A stretch of 64,000 nucleotides of DNA from the human T2T-CHM13v2.0 reference genome, Homo sapiens. The notes beneath the pieces are model-generated. The model worked only from the letters and a program-made list of their open reading frames with translations, made no database searches and was not told where the DNA came from. Made by a program: the position numbers and the translations under genes. Location of the stretch: assembly GCF_009914755.1 (NCBI RefSeq), contig NC_060935.1, one strand, 5' to 3'. Shown in pieces: positions 1-17,000 of the stretch. Each line of letters opens with the position of its first letter. Position 1 is the first letter of the stretch.

Positions 1-1228
1 TATGGCTGGCATCCCCACCTCACACTCTCCTTTGGAGTTGGGAGAAGTAAGACCGGACCCTGAGTCCATTTCATGGCATCCACTGACCCCATGCGGCACA
101 GACACAAGGAAAGCCCACTGAGGCCCTAATAATGCTTATGCTTTGGCTCCCGTTTAACCCAGTTCTTTGTCTTTATCATTGGCCAGAGCGCTGGAGGTGG
201 GGAGGAGTGAGGGACATTTCTTACAGTCATCATGTTTGTAGCAGTCCTTCTCATCCAAATTAGACTGCTATTTTGAGGATTATTTTGGCATTTTTGGTGA
301 AGTCTTTTCTTCAATTTAGAGACCCGTAGCAAATACCTATTTTCCCTTGCTTCTAGGAGCAAACTCATACCCATCATTCATACACAAAGTTGCAACATCT
401 TTTTTTTTTTCCTCTTCACTTTCTCAATAGCTTTTGACCAAATGATATCCTGGAAGAAAACTGAACTGAAAGAATCAGGAGATCTGAGATTTCACCCAGA
501 ATCTGCCAATAATGAGAAAACCCTGATCTCATTTGTGCAAATTAGGATGATTTGCCTTTTCAGATTCCTTTCTGCCCTGGTTCTGTGAGTACTGTTCTCC
601 AGTCACATGTCCACCGATGCCCTGAGCACCGCTAAGGAAGGCACATGATGTTCTCAAAAGCTCTTTTTCCTCCCAGCCCTCCTGCACTTGTTTAATATGG
701 GCAGTGTCCCTGTTGGGAGCTACGTTAGGGATGCCAGTGACTCTCCCCTCCCCAGGGTTCTTGCAAATAGAATAAAAATCAAAATGCAGTCTGAATGGGG
801 GTCAAAGCTCTCTAGTGATAGCTACACAAAGAATTTACCTCATTCTTATTTGGACCAGGGTTGGTTTCTGATTGACCCAGAATCCAAGTCTAACTATTTC
901 CTTACCAAATTAGTCTCTTCTAAAAGAGAATCCTCACATTGCTATTTAGCAGTCTTTCTTCGTGGTATACCACTTCATCATTCAGAAGTCTTAACATTCT
1001 TGATAACAATGTGTAGTTATAATACACAAAGGTATTGGCTAATTTTCTCTAGCAATTTCAAATCAGAGATTTCCTCTTGGTCATTTTGTATCTTCTTCAG
1101 GTAAAAAAACAAAAACAAAAACTGTATCTCTACCTTGCCCAAATCTCTGTGAGAAGTAAAAGAAAATAATCATTCCAATGTTTTGCTATGAGGCTGACAC
1201 CATTCAGATGACTGGCTGAAATTTTCAC

Positions 1229-1402
1229 TTTTTTTTTTTTTTTTTTTTTTTTTTTGTGAGACAGTCTTGCTCTTCCGCCCAGGCTGGAGTGCAGTGGCGC
1301 GATCTCGGTTCACTGCAACCTCCGCCTCCTGGTTTCAAGTGATTCTTGCGCCTCAGCCTCCTGAGTAGCTGGGATTACAGGCATGAGCCACTATGCCCGG
1401 CC
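1229..1402 (-). mobile_element. Alu monomer (AluS-like; left-arm 5' end fused to right-arm body)
   Basis: T27 tail, then right-arm Alu sequence ending in left-arm-type GATTACAGGCATGAGCCAC...CGGCC. Confidence 0.9.
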
Positions 1403-2161
1403 AGGTTCTCTTTTCAACCAAGTGTTTTGTGTGAGTTAGAGAGGGCTGGAGTTCTTCCATTTAGAATTGACCATCTAAGCAGCACTCCTGCTGTGGCAGG
1501 AAAGAGGCTGAAGAGCAACTTGAAAGGTACATGTATCTTGAAGTTTTGAACAGAAATATTAAATATTCAGCCTATCTGTCCTGCAGTCCCTACCTGATTT
1601 AGAAAGCAAATTAATACCACCAGATTGACTAGGAGTAAATATCTCATCTGAAGAAATATTATAGTGTGGCCATGGTAATACAATACTTATTTGTAGCAAC
1701 TAAAATATGTATCCTCTGGTATCCTCTTTGAGTGCTATGGATTGTTCCTAAAAAACCCCAAAAGTATTTTCAAATATTTTAGGTGATAAAAGTTTAGGGC
1801 TATGTTTGACTCCACATATTTTAATTCATGTTTGTGGATTTTTAAAATAAACTATTGGTTTCTTTTAACAATTAGTTTTCCTTATAAATATTTTTCATCA
1901 AGCATAAAAATTGTTTTACTATTTTAAAAAATAACAGCATACCACATAGTGGTCATTGTATGAAAATGGGCAATACTAAATGGGGGTTACATTAAGTATG
2001 CAAAGGAGGAGTCCTAGCATGACGTCTACCCTATACTTCTTGCAGATTCAGACCTGTCTGGGTATGTTTGAATGACCAGCCAAGCAGGTACCCAGAGGTC
2101 TAGCTGGCTAAGGCATTGAGAAGCTTACTTTAAATAAAGAGACCTAGAAATGCTGAAGCGG

Positions 2162-2470
<309 letters not shown>

Positions 2471-3447
2471 TGCTGAAGCAGGTGACCAGCCCTGTTCTGA
2501 CACCCCTGTATCATTGGAGTTCTTTTAAGTGCCAAGAACAGAATATCCTTAGAAGTGGTGTAAACAATAGGCAGATGTTCAAAGGCAGTTGGCATCTGGG
2601 GCTGGGGATGTGACAGGGAGGTCTGCCAGGCATCCAAGTGCTTCCCATTGATGTCTTGCCATCCTGTCCATGCCACTGACCACAGATGACTCAGCATTTC
2701 TAGGCATCATTTCCAGTGAAGAAGAAAGGACATTTGTTTCCACGTATCCCAGTTGCCTTCCGTTATGGTCTCTTTGGACCAGATTAAGTCACATGTCTAT
2801 ACCCTCACCATAAAGGAAACTAGGAAAGTAAGCATGTGGCACTTAATGTCTTTCTCATTAAAGGAAGTCTCCACTAGTAAGAAAGAAAGTCTGTTACAAA
2901 CCTCTAACCAGGGGTGATATCCCATATCAGCCATAGAAAGTTGGTAAGATGGAAGAGAAGCAGAGCTCACAAGCTTGATAAATGAGCACCACAGGTCTGA
3001 CCTGCAGAACTACTGGGCTCTCCTTAAGGATGAACAGATGGTTTCCCTATCAGGCTGCCTTTGAACCACTGCAAGATTCTTTGGGAGTACAGGTTTGTCA
3101 AAAGCAAACAAATAACAATCGGGATTTGAGTTTGACTGCATGCAGTAAATAACATGCAAACACAGTGGTTGAACCAATTAGAGGGTTTACTCTTTTTATA
3201 TTACAAAGCACCTAGACAATATCCATGGTGGTTATGGTAGCTCTATTATGTCATCAGGGACTCAGACTCCTTTTATTTTTCTGTTCAGCATTCTTAGAGT
3301 ATGTGGTCTCCGTCTTGTGATAGCAGCATGGCACCTGTTCCACCTCTATCCTCAGCCATCATGACCACATTCTAAGCAGAAAGAAAAAGGAAGGATAAGG
3401 GCATCGGTGGGTGCCAACTGAGTTGTTTCACTTTAGAGAACATTCTT

Positions 3448-3667
3448 GACCAGGCTGGACAACATAGTGAGACTTCATCTTTACTAAAAAACAAACAAAA
3501 AAAATTAGCCAGGCATGGTGTACATGCCTGTATTCCAGCTACTTGGGAGGCTGAGTGGGAGGATCGTTTGAGGCCAGGAATTCCAGGCTACAGTGAGCCA
3601 TGATCGTGCACTCCAGCCTGGGTGACAGAGTGAGACCCTGTCTCAAAAAGAAAAAGCAAAAGAAAAA
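3448..3667 (+). mobile_element. 5'-truncated AluJ
   Basis: Partial left arm, linker, J-type right arm, A tail. Confidence 0.88.
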
Positions 3668-4669
3668 TAGCATTCTAGAAAGTCTTACACCATATCTGTG
3701 GCTTTTATTTTAATGGCAACAACTGTCACATAGACTTCCATCTGCCAAACAGACTGGGAAAGGTGGTTTTATGGCTAGACCCATGCCATCCTGGATAACG
3801 TCAAAGTTCTGACTGTAAGAAAGAAGAAAGTAAATTTTGGTAAAGCAATTAGTCATTTCCTTTGCAATGTAGGGTTTTTATGTGGAAAACAGAGAATGCA
3901 AAATAGTATAGTGTAACAGTGGTGGGTAAGAGTATTTCCCTGAATTCATTTAATTTTGGTGGCTCAATTATGGGAAAGAGACGAAAAAAGAAGATCAGTG
4001 TCTTCTAGGAACCTTGTTGTTCAGGTAATGAGCAGGTGGTTGTTGAAAGGTCAATGAGGACAGCACCTTCTGGGAACAGGCTACAGCTCTGCAGAGAGTG
4101 CCACAGATGCTCCTGGGATCCACCTCATATTTTTACCTCCACAAACTCGAAGTCAATAAAGATATATATAACCAGTGAGAGAGAGAGTTTGTAAGACTGC
4201 CTGGTTATGTATTTTGCAGATGTAATGCTTGTTATGTATTTCTACTATTGGTGAAATCTTTCTTATAATCCTATAGAAGATTGACTCAAGGTGGTAGGTA
4301 AGACTACCTGGTGCATGTATCTGATTTTCCCACAAGAACTTGGGGAGTGTAAGTCAGATGTAGGCTGTGGTCCAAAACTAGTGACCTCCTGGAAGAATGA
4401 GGCTAACCAAACACTATACATCTTATTTGCCCAATTTCTCTTTTTTGGAAACAACATGGAATATAATAGAGTTAAACTGAATAAAAATAAAACCCCCAAA
4501 TGTGATATATGTAGTCAAAATTAGGAGAGACAAGTGTAGGCTGGAGTAATTAGAGAGGGATTCATGGAGGAACTGGTTCTTAAGTTGTACCTCACAAAAT
4601 AGGAGGAATTTGGATACTTAGAAAGGAGTTGGAGAAAATTCTATTGAGGTGCGTAGAAAACTCTGATGA

Positions 4670-5128
<459 letters not shown>

Positions 5129-5269
5129 TTATTGAGGAGGGGGCCAGGAAAGTCACAGCTCACCTAACTCCTTCCTACCTTTCTTTTGTTAAGATTTCCA
5201 GTTAATTGCTCCACTATACAAAGACTTAAGAAAATCAGTAAATCAGCTCAAATAAAACTTTGGTGAATA

Positions 5270-5680
5270 ATATCAAGAATGTGACATGGATTGTTGGTGG
5301 GAGTGTAAACAGGTACAACCACTTGGAAAGCCATCTGGCAGTACTTAATGAAGTGAATGTACATATGTGCTATGACATCAATCCCACATATATAGATAGG
5401 AGATATACAACATATATTACATAGAGTAATAATCATATATATGTATATGAAATTATCCTGGTGTCCACAGCAAGGGAAACATTTAAATAAAATATCAGGC
5501 ATGCATACTATGGAATAATACTCTGCAATTCAAAGCATTGAACTAGATACACATTTAGTGACCTGGATGGGCATTAACATCATAGTTTTGAGTTTCAGAA
5601 GCAAGAAAGAGAATGAGATGTAAACACAATGTCATTTATGTAAATTAAAAACACATACATATTGAATTCTGTATTTATAT
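5270..5680 (+). mobile_element. Old L1M (L1ME-like) 3' fragment
   Basis: Degenerate L1 3' motifs, e.g. ttgttggtgggagtgtaaacaggtacaaccacttggaaag. Confidence 0.6.
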
Positions 5681-7259
5681 GGATCATTTGCAAGAATTCA
5701 TAAGGGAAGAGAATGAGAGCAGAGATTGGGGATGAAGGAAGAAATCAATCTGTCAGTCAAGAGAGGAACCCCCCATACATTGATTATGATGCGTGTGCTA
5801 TGAATTCACATCTCTCTACCTAAGTTTGCCTCCAGCCCTCCTCCCACAAAATAAACCTTTAAGGGAAAAACATTCTTAGATCTCCAAATATTTTTAAATG
5901 TGTGAGCAGCACTAGAACATGTAATTCTCTCATGCATAAAATGGGGATAATAATAAGAGTCTTACAAGGCTGTCAAGAAAATTAAAAGAAATCATATATT
6001 AGATACCCAAGTGGAGACATACCCAGATGCAAGGTGGTTGACTAGGCTCCCTAGCTGGTGAGGTGACTCACTGTGAACTTTCTGCCACTCTCACAGTGTT
6101 TGTGTTCAATCCCTGCCTCAGCAAAATGATAAATCATTACATCAGGGACTTTCAAAGTCAAGCAAATAGTCAAAAACATACGCAGTAGGTTAAATCCTCA
6201 AATGCAAGAGTATACAGTCCTGCTCCCTGTTGACTTCAGCCCTACGGAGAAAATAATACCTCTGTTGATTTCAGCTTAGAGAAGCTTATTACCAGCAATA
6301 TTATTCCCTACAGTCAGTGTTAGCCCAACTCAATGCCCCTTTCTGAACAGTACTCACCAGAGAAGACAGTCCAGCCAACTCAGTGATTACCAAGCAGCAT
6401 GCGCTGGGTGGTGAAGGCTAAAGTAGCCAACTGACACCGTAGGGAGGAGAGAACTGGCCAAAGTATAATGACCTAACCTGGCATTTGGTCAGATCATGGG
6501 GATTTTCTGGCCCTTTGCTCAAACGCCTGGCACTGCACGCTTAGGTCTTTTGGAAACAATGTCATGCAATAGCATAACCTGAAAGAGTAATTTAGAGCAG
6601 TTTATTGGAGGTGATGCATTGTTAGTAGCCATATTTACAAAGAATACTGGCCTGAGAAATATTACAGTGTCCACTCTTAGATACCTCTTTGTGGCTAAGG
6701 ACACAATCTTACTAAAATTGAAATAAGGTGTTACCAAAATACTCTTTGCTACCAAACTGGTGTATATGCAGGAGGAAAGCAGTTTACCTTTCCACCTTAT
6801 GAAGAAACTTTTTGGATATCTTGTCTATCATCATTATTCATAAAATCTGTGAATCACCTACTACTTAGCTTCAAAAAGGTGGGACATCTTAAAGGATTTG
6901 ATAAACTAAAAGAATTCTCACCTAGTTACTATGGAGGAAGTCTGGCTAAAATCCAGAATTCCACATATGATCCCACAAGATCTCTTCCCGGCCTCAGCTA
7001 AAAGATTATTTAGGCTATGAATAAGGAAAAAAATTACAATTCCATAGTTGAGAATTTCAAGGGATCGTAGAGGTCTTCCAGTCTAACTTCTTTTTATCTT
7101 TGTAGGAATTATGGCTCAGAGAGGATAACTTGGCCAGTGTTGAGCAGCCAGCTCACTTCCATTCAACATACGTTTACTGAATAACCACGAGATCCCAGGC
7201 ATCCTATTCAATACTGGAAATGCAGAAAAGTGTGAATAGTAAAGAAGTGAAGAATATGA

Positions 7260-7500
7260 GTTAGGCATGCACGCTAGGGCCAGTCTCCTTGTATTCAGTT
7301 TTACATTCACTGCTTCCTAGCCACATGTCCTTAGGCAAATTACTTAACCTGTGTATGCTTCAGTTTCACCATCTGCAAAATAGGGTGAGGATGGGTACAC
7401 ACTCACGGATTGTCGTAAGATTTAGAAGAGTAATATACTCTAAGCACATAGAGCAGAAAGGTGCTTGGCACATAGTGAGAGCTCTGTAAATATGTGCTAA
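7260..7500 (+). mobile_element. MIR
   Basis: MIR core ccttaggcaaattacttaacctgtgtatgcttcagtttcaccatctgcaaaatagg. Confidence 0.75.
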
Positions 7501-7689
7501 TTAAAATACCAGGTTTCTGCCCTCTTGGAGCTATCTATTCTTTGTTTAGTCAGAGAGCACAGCATATCGGGGCTACTAGCCCTTGCCCCAGTGTGCTGGG
7601 CTGTCTGACTAAACAAATCTAATTGAATTAGTGTTATATGCAGCCTGAGGCCACAGTCTTAACTAGTTTGTCCTTGAGTCTCCCCACTC

Positions 7690-7768
7690 CACCCCACAAT
7701 GCCTAGTACATTGCCTGGTACATGGTAGATTCTATCAGTATTTGATGAATGAATGAATGAATGAATGA
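7690..7768 (+). mobile_element. L2 3' end with (TGAA)n tail
   Basis: gcctagtacattgcctggtacatggtag...gaatgaatgaatga. Confidence 0.7.
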
Positions 7769-7844
7769 CACACAAAACTAAAGGGTCAAAGAACAGGCAT
7801 CCCAAGAAATATTTGACTAGTTTCTTCAAGAATGAGAAGGAAGA

Positions 7845-8389
<545 letters not shown>

Positions 8390-8555
8390 CTAATTAAGAT
8401 GCTCAAGAGGTTATCAGCTGCCCTTCTCTTTAGCACATGTTCATTCAGAAGGAGCTGGCTGATTTCAGAAATCCAGCAGGAATTAAAGTACCGAATGTGT
8501 ATTTTTTTTTAGTCCATCTGTTCATTGTGAAAATTTGATTACATTTTATTGTTGA

Positions 8556-9460
<905 letters not shown>

Positions 9461-9857
9461 GCTTCCTATTGTTACCTACTGTACCATCTCCTTTGCAACC
9501 GCCAAGTCAGTTATTACTACACAGAATGAAACCCAAAATTTGATAATCGTCATTACGATTATGAGGATGAATGCACTGCAAAAACTTTGCCTCTTCCTTC
9601 CCCATCCAAATGATCACACTGTGAATTTCATGAACATTTTTATTATTTTTGGATTACCTCATTTGCATTCTATGAATGTCGATGATTAAGAGTTGGTCTG
9701 TGAGTAGGAGAGGAAGTAAGTGATAAAATATGTAGAAAAGAAGTAGAAATGTTACTGCAGCAATTTCAGTAGAAGAAAATAGTAGACTGTCTAACAGTAT
9801 ATAAATCATGGTGCTGTCATAATGCAGTGCTATGCAATGATTAACAATTGTGTTCTA

Positions 9858-10151
9858 GGCTGGGCGCGGTGGCTCACACCTGTAATCCCAGCATGTTGGG
9901 AGGCTGAGGCGGGTGGATCATGAGGTCAGGAGTTCTAGACCAGCCCGGCCAACATGGTGAAACCCTGTCTCTACTAAAAATACAAAAATTAGCCTGGCAT
10001 GTGTGGCATAAGCCTGTAATCCTACCTACTCAGGAGGCTGAGGCAGGAGAATTGCTTGAACCCGGGAGGGGGAGGTTACAGTGAAATCGCACCACTGCAC
10101 TCTAGCCTGGCCGACAGAGCAAGACTCTGTCTCAGAAAAAAAAATTAAAAA
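9858..10151 (+). mobile_element. AluSg-like
   Basis: Full dimer; imperfect TSD AATTG(T/A)GTTCTA. Confidence 0.93.
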
Positions 10152-10226
10152 AATTGAGTTCTAGAATAGTATTTATTGCTTTGAGAAAATTAACAGAATA
10201 TTTTGTCAAATAAAAAAGTAGGTTGT

Positions 10227-10525
10227 GGCCAGGCGCAGTGGCTCACGCCTGTAATCCCAGCACTCTGGGAGGCCAAGGCGGGCGGACAGCTTGAGCCCAG
10301 AAGTTGCCTTGGCAACATGGCAAGACCCCATCTCTACAAAAAATACAAAAATTAGCCGGGTATGGTGGTGCATGCCTGTAGTCTCAGCTATCTCAGCTAC
10401 TCAAGAGGCTGAGGCGGGAAGATTGCTTGAGACCAGACAGTCGAAGCTGCAGTGAGCTGTGCTCACTCTATTACACTCCAGCCTGGGTGACAGAGAGAGA
10501 CGCTCTCTTCCTCTCTCAAAAAAAA
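10227..10525 (+). mobile_element. AluJ
   Basis: GCTTGAGCCCAG J-type left arm; TSD AAAAAAGTAGGTT. Confidence 0.92.
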
Positions 10526-11230
10526 GTAGGTTCTACAATAATATGTAAACACACATATAAGTTTATGTGCATATATACATAAATTTATATTTCTATATAC
10601 ATAGAAAAAACATGATGTGTAGACATGAAAATGTTAACAGTAGATAACTCTGACCAAGAGGATTATAGATGATTTTTACTTTCTTCTTTTCTGTTTATTT
10701 GTATTTCATAATTTTCCATAATAAACACATATAATTTATATACATTTTAAGTTTTTAGGAAAGCAATTCTTGGGTGTGGGCAGATGAAGAAATAAACCCT
10801 TGCACATGTTTAAGGTTTGTATATGGCATTAGTCAGAGCAATGTTAAGCTATGCTGCAATAACAAACAAATCCGAAAAGCTCAGTGACTTAGCACAACGA
10901 AGTTACACTTATACTTCTTATTTATGTAGAATCCAGTGTGGGTCTGCAGAGACAGCCTTCCATCTGATAGCTCAAAGATCCATCTCCACTTGTAGCTATC
11001 AAGGTCACTGCAGCGGGAGAGAGGGATGAAGAAGATACTTACAGCCATAGTTTACATCACCTAACTGCAAGGGAGGCTGCTGGGACATTGGAGGACGTGT
11101 ACAGGATTCGATTGCACAGTCTCTGCCACATACACCTTCAGTGATTATGTTTTCTCAACCAAAAATTAAATTTATGGGAGGATAAGCAAATAGTTGGGTT
11201 TAGGGTTCATTTTTTTAAATATGCATATAA

Positions 11231-11560
<330 letters not shown>

Positions 11561-12855
11561 GCTACAGGTTTTTAAATAGTCAAAAATGGACTTGTCCATG
11601 AGGAAGGAGGAGGAAATTGGGCTGAGATGAGGCCAAAACTAAAAGTTGCCCTCTTCTCCCTCCTGACTCTTTAAGTTAAGCAACCTACCCATGCATCATG
11701 CTCCTGTTAATGCACAAAAGTAGGTTTCAAACCATAGTGGGAGTTAGAAGATGGAAGACCGAGGACTGAGACATGACAAGGGCTGACCAGAAGAAGAAAT
11801 GAGGATTTCTGAGGGGCCAGGAAGCATGATACAGACCTCTCCCCTGAGACAGTGAGAATACCAGGAAGAACGGTGAACCAGCCAGAAAGTGGGGAGGAGA
11901 GCCAAGGTCCAAAGAGGACGGAGAAAGGAAGACTGCCAGATTTGGGCAGTGCCAAAGGCAGGAATTACAGTCAGAATAGATAGCCAAGAATGTAGGGTGT
12001 GGATGGAAGTGGGATTCGAGCAATTTTTTTCTCAAGAAACAGCAGGCTGTGATGTGTAGTCAGTTTGATTTAAATGATCATGGGGTAAGACAGCCAACAG
12101 AAAGCACCCCAGCAGTACCATGGCCCACAGAAAGAGCCCACAGTCTAAACTAGGGAGCAGCGCTGCATGGAAAATCCCCGGCTGAACTGGGCATAAATCC
12201 AGACATAAACTGGGGACAGGCAGTGGAGACATGCTGAAGATGGTTGACATCAGGGAGGCAGCAGGTATTCCAGATGATAGGAATGGATGAATCAGGATCT
12301 CAGCAAGGGGGCTGGGGGTGGCGAGAGCAAAGTCCAGCCCCTCGAAAGAAGGATCTAGCAAGAGATACTGTGATTGGGGCCCCACTAAAGGACAGGGCTT
12401 CACAACAGGTGGCGCTCCAGAAGTAGAACTGGTATGAAAACGAGGAAAATAGTCATTTTAAGCACGTAGGAAGAAGGGAAGGAGACTGTAGCCTTGGGGA
12501 TATGTGGTTGCCTGGGGCCTCACCTCTGAGAAAGTGAACGCCAAGACTAGGACAGAAAGACCTACAATTTTTCTCTTGCCTAACTTGGTCTGCACTAGCT
12601 TGAGAATGTAGTGTTGAGCCTATGGATTGAAGGCATCAGTGCCTGAAGCAAAGCAGGTTTGGTGAGGCTGGATGCGGAACTGCTAACAGAACTTGCACAT
12701 CATTTGAGAAAGGCTTTCCTAAGACAGCCTCATAAACAGGTACACGGCTCGCCCACCTGCCCTTTTCTACTGGGAAAAGCAGTGTTCAGGTGCACAGGTA
12801 ACGTTAGTTAGTGACGCAGAGAAATAGGATGGGGGAAACACCTAGATTAGCCAAG

Positions 12856-13534
<679 letters not shown>

Positions 13535-14174
13535 CCAAGGTATTGGGCCCCTTGGGTGAAAACTCAAAACCCCATGTTTTGCCTCCTTGAAATGTGTTTC
13601 AAAACACAGAGAACTTTTAGAAAAAAGTGTGAACTTTTTACCGTTGTAGCTAAATGCATCGTTTGTGTATGGATGCTGGGTTTCAGTGCCTCTGGGAGCA
13701 TTAGTATGGAGGGAAAACTCTAGAATAGGAGTCAAAGATTCCAAATTCTAATATGGCTTCACTGCAGCTCAAATAAAGTGATTAGGAATGTGCCTTAAAT
13801 ATCCCGAAGCAATGAAAAATGAGATTGCATGTATATATCTCCCCATCTAGCAACTTTGCAGAGCTGGGATTGGGGTGAGACAAACGAGGTGTCTAGGGTG
13901 TAAGCTTTAGGGGTTGCTCACTCTCAGGATTATGCAAAGTACCCAGCCAGCAAAATGAGAGCTGTGCACAGCAAGACCAGTGTGTCTTTCACAAAAGCTG
14001 CCCTTGTCTGATACTCAAGGAGGAAGGTGGAAGATGGGGGTTGTCTGGAAGGGTCAGAGTTTGAAAAGTTTCCCTTCCAGAAGCTGCTGAGAACTGAGGT
14101 CGTTGGGATGCTGTGAATAGCCCATCACCTGTGTCCCTGTCGTTTGGCCCCCTGGCAGCAGATTAAGATATGCC

Positions 14175-15298
<1,124 letters not shown>

Positions 15299-16229
15299 GA
15301 TGCTAGTGAGGTGAGGATGGGAAAGGTGGGGTGGTTAGGAGCCGAGGTCTTGCCTACCTTTCCAGCCCAAGAAACCCCTCTCTGCCTTCAAGCCACATCA
15401 TCACTGGCCTTAGCGGTGAACAGCACTGCCTGACTCCCATTCCTTTCTGATCCTTTCTGATCCCAAGGAAAACATTTCCTGTGGGCCTGCAAAGGGTTTC
15501 CATCTTTTGGAGGCTGCTTTTCAGATGTGATAGGAGGCCTGGCAAAACAAGTCAGGCTGGGCCCTTAGGGCCATTATCGGCTGACACCCTATCAGAACTG
15601 CCTTATCCGTTAACACCCCTGTAGGAATTAATTAGCTGAATGTCAGCTGAAAGTAAGAACAGACCAGAGGAGTAAGAGGAAATAGGTGAAGAAAGTTTCT
15701 TTATAGTGACAAGTAATGGCATCGCAGTGTGCCCCGTGCAGTTTTGCCTGTGTCGGCCTTGAATATCTCACTGAAAGTAGCTCCCACTTCCCCTCCCAAC
15801 CTATGAGGTTATTTCATTGTCATTGTAATTTGTTGATGCCTAAAATTACCCATTTGCTAAGGATTCCTGATCCAAAAAGGTGCACTAAAAATTAAGGTAT
15901 GTCAATTGGCACTGATACATGTCCCTATTCTCAGAGGGACTGGGTGCTGGGGAAATGGAAAAGTATGTACATTGTACATAAGGGAAGGAGAATGTCTAAA
16001 GAGTTTATATGCCAGGGCAGATTCAACCAATCTTTATGAAGCTCCTACTATGTGCCAGGTATATATTATCTTATTTTATCTTACAAAATCCCTGCAGTAG
16101 AAGTTTTACTATCCCAATTTTGATTCCCAGGACATTGCATTTGGATTCAAGCCCAGCGCTCTTTCTTCTAGGCTGCGGTGGGGAGCGGAGGGAAGAAACA
16201 TAGGTGGTACATAGAATGAAATACAGAAA

Positions 16230-17000
16230 CATATTTGTGAGTCACTGACACAGTTTGAGTCAGCCATACTTAAGTGTCCCATATTTGGGAAGAGTGGCAA
16301 AGATAAAAGCTGAGAAAAAGGAATCGACTGCAGAGACGGGAGGATTTGAAGCAAGGTGGAGCCGGCCTGAGGTTTCCGGGATGAGGAGAGGGTGTGGCGG
16401 ATGATCCAGAGAGAAAGGCTGTGGTGTGGCGGAGGGGTGGTGGGGACAGGAACAGCCTGCTGTCTGAAATAACAGAGACAGTGAATCAGGCGATGACATC
16501 CTTTGCATATGTGGTGAAGGGTGGGTGGCCTAGGCTCCTGGACGCAGGTAACCAAGGAACACAACTGCAGGTATAGCCGCCTGCACCCGAATCAGCCTCC
16601 AGCAGCAGAGACACCCAGTTACGCAGCGGCGGTGTGCTAATTCCAGCCCAGACTGGCAGACAGCAGGGGCTCTGTCTGGGGGAGGAAAAGCTCTAGAGCT
16701 GGGGACGACACATTCTGAAGGAGGGAAATAAGCTCTGAGCTATATTTAGTGCTGCATGGCTGTGCGTAGCGGACTTATGGCAAGCGCGTGCATGCGAATT
16801 CATCAGATGGAAACACAGGCATGTGTAGCCTGCGCTCTAACTTCTTTTCCACCCCAAAGATTCTTTTTTTCTACAGCCTAACCTGTCGGGGCATCATTTC
16901 CTACCCGCTGTTGCGTACTGATGCTCTGCTGGTCAGCTTCCTAGGGCCTCTGCTGACGATAAGTACAGCTGTGAGATGATGACAACGGCACATAGCAGAC
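16230..17000. promoter_or_regulatory. Candidate enhancer/promoter (AP-1 x2, NKX, CArG, GATA, MEF2, E-box; locally CpG-enriched)
   Basis: TGAGTCA 16238 and 16256, TTAAGTG 16270, CCATATTTGG 16279, AGATAA 16301, CTATATTTAG 16740, GATAAG 16958, CAGCTG 16966; no repeat recognised. Confidence 0.55.

Noticed and set aside
11707-12500. Purine-rich stretch with several overlapping ORFs, possible exon or pseudogene
   Set aside because: No long + strand frame or recognisable protein; may be an old unrecognised repeat.
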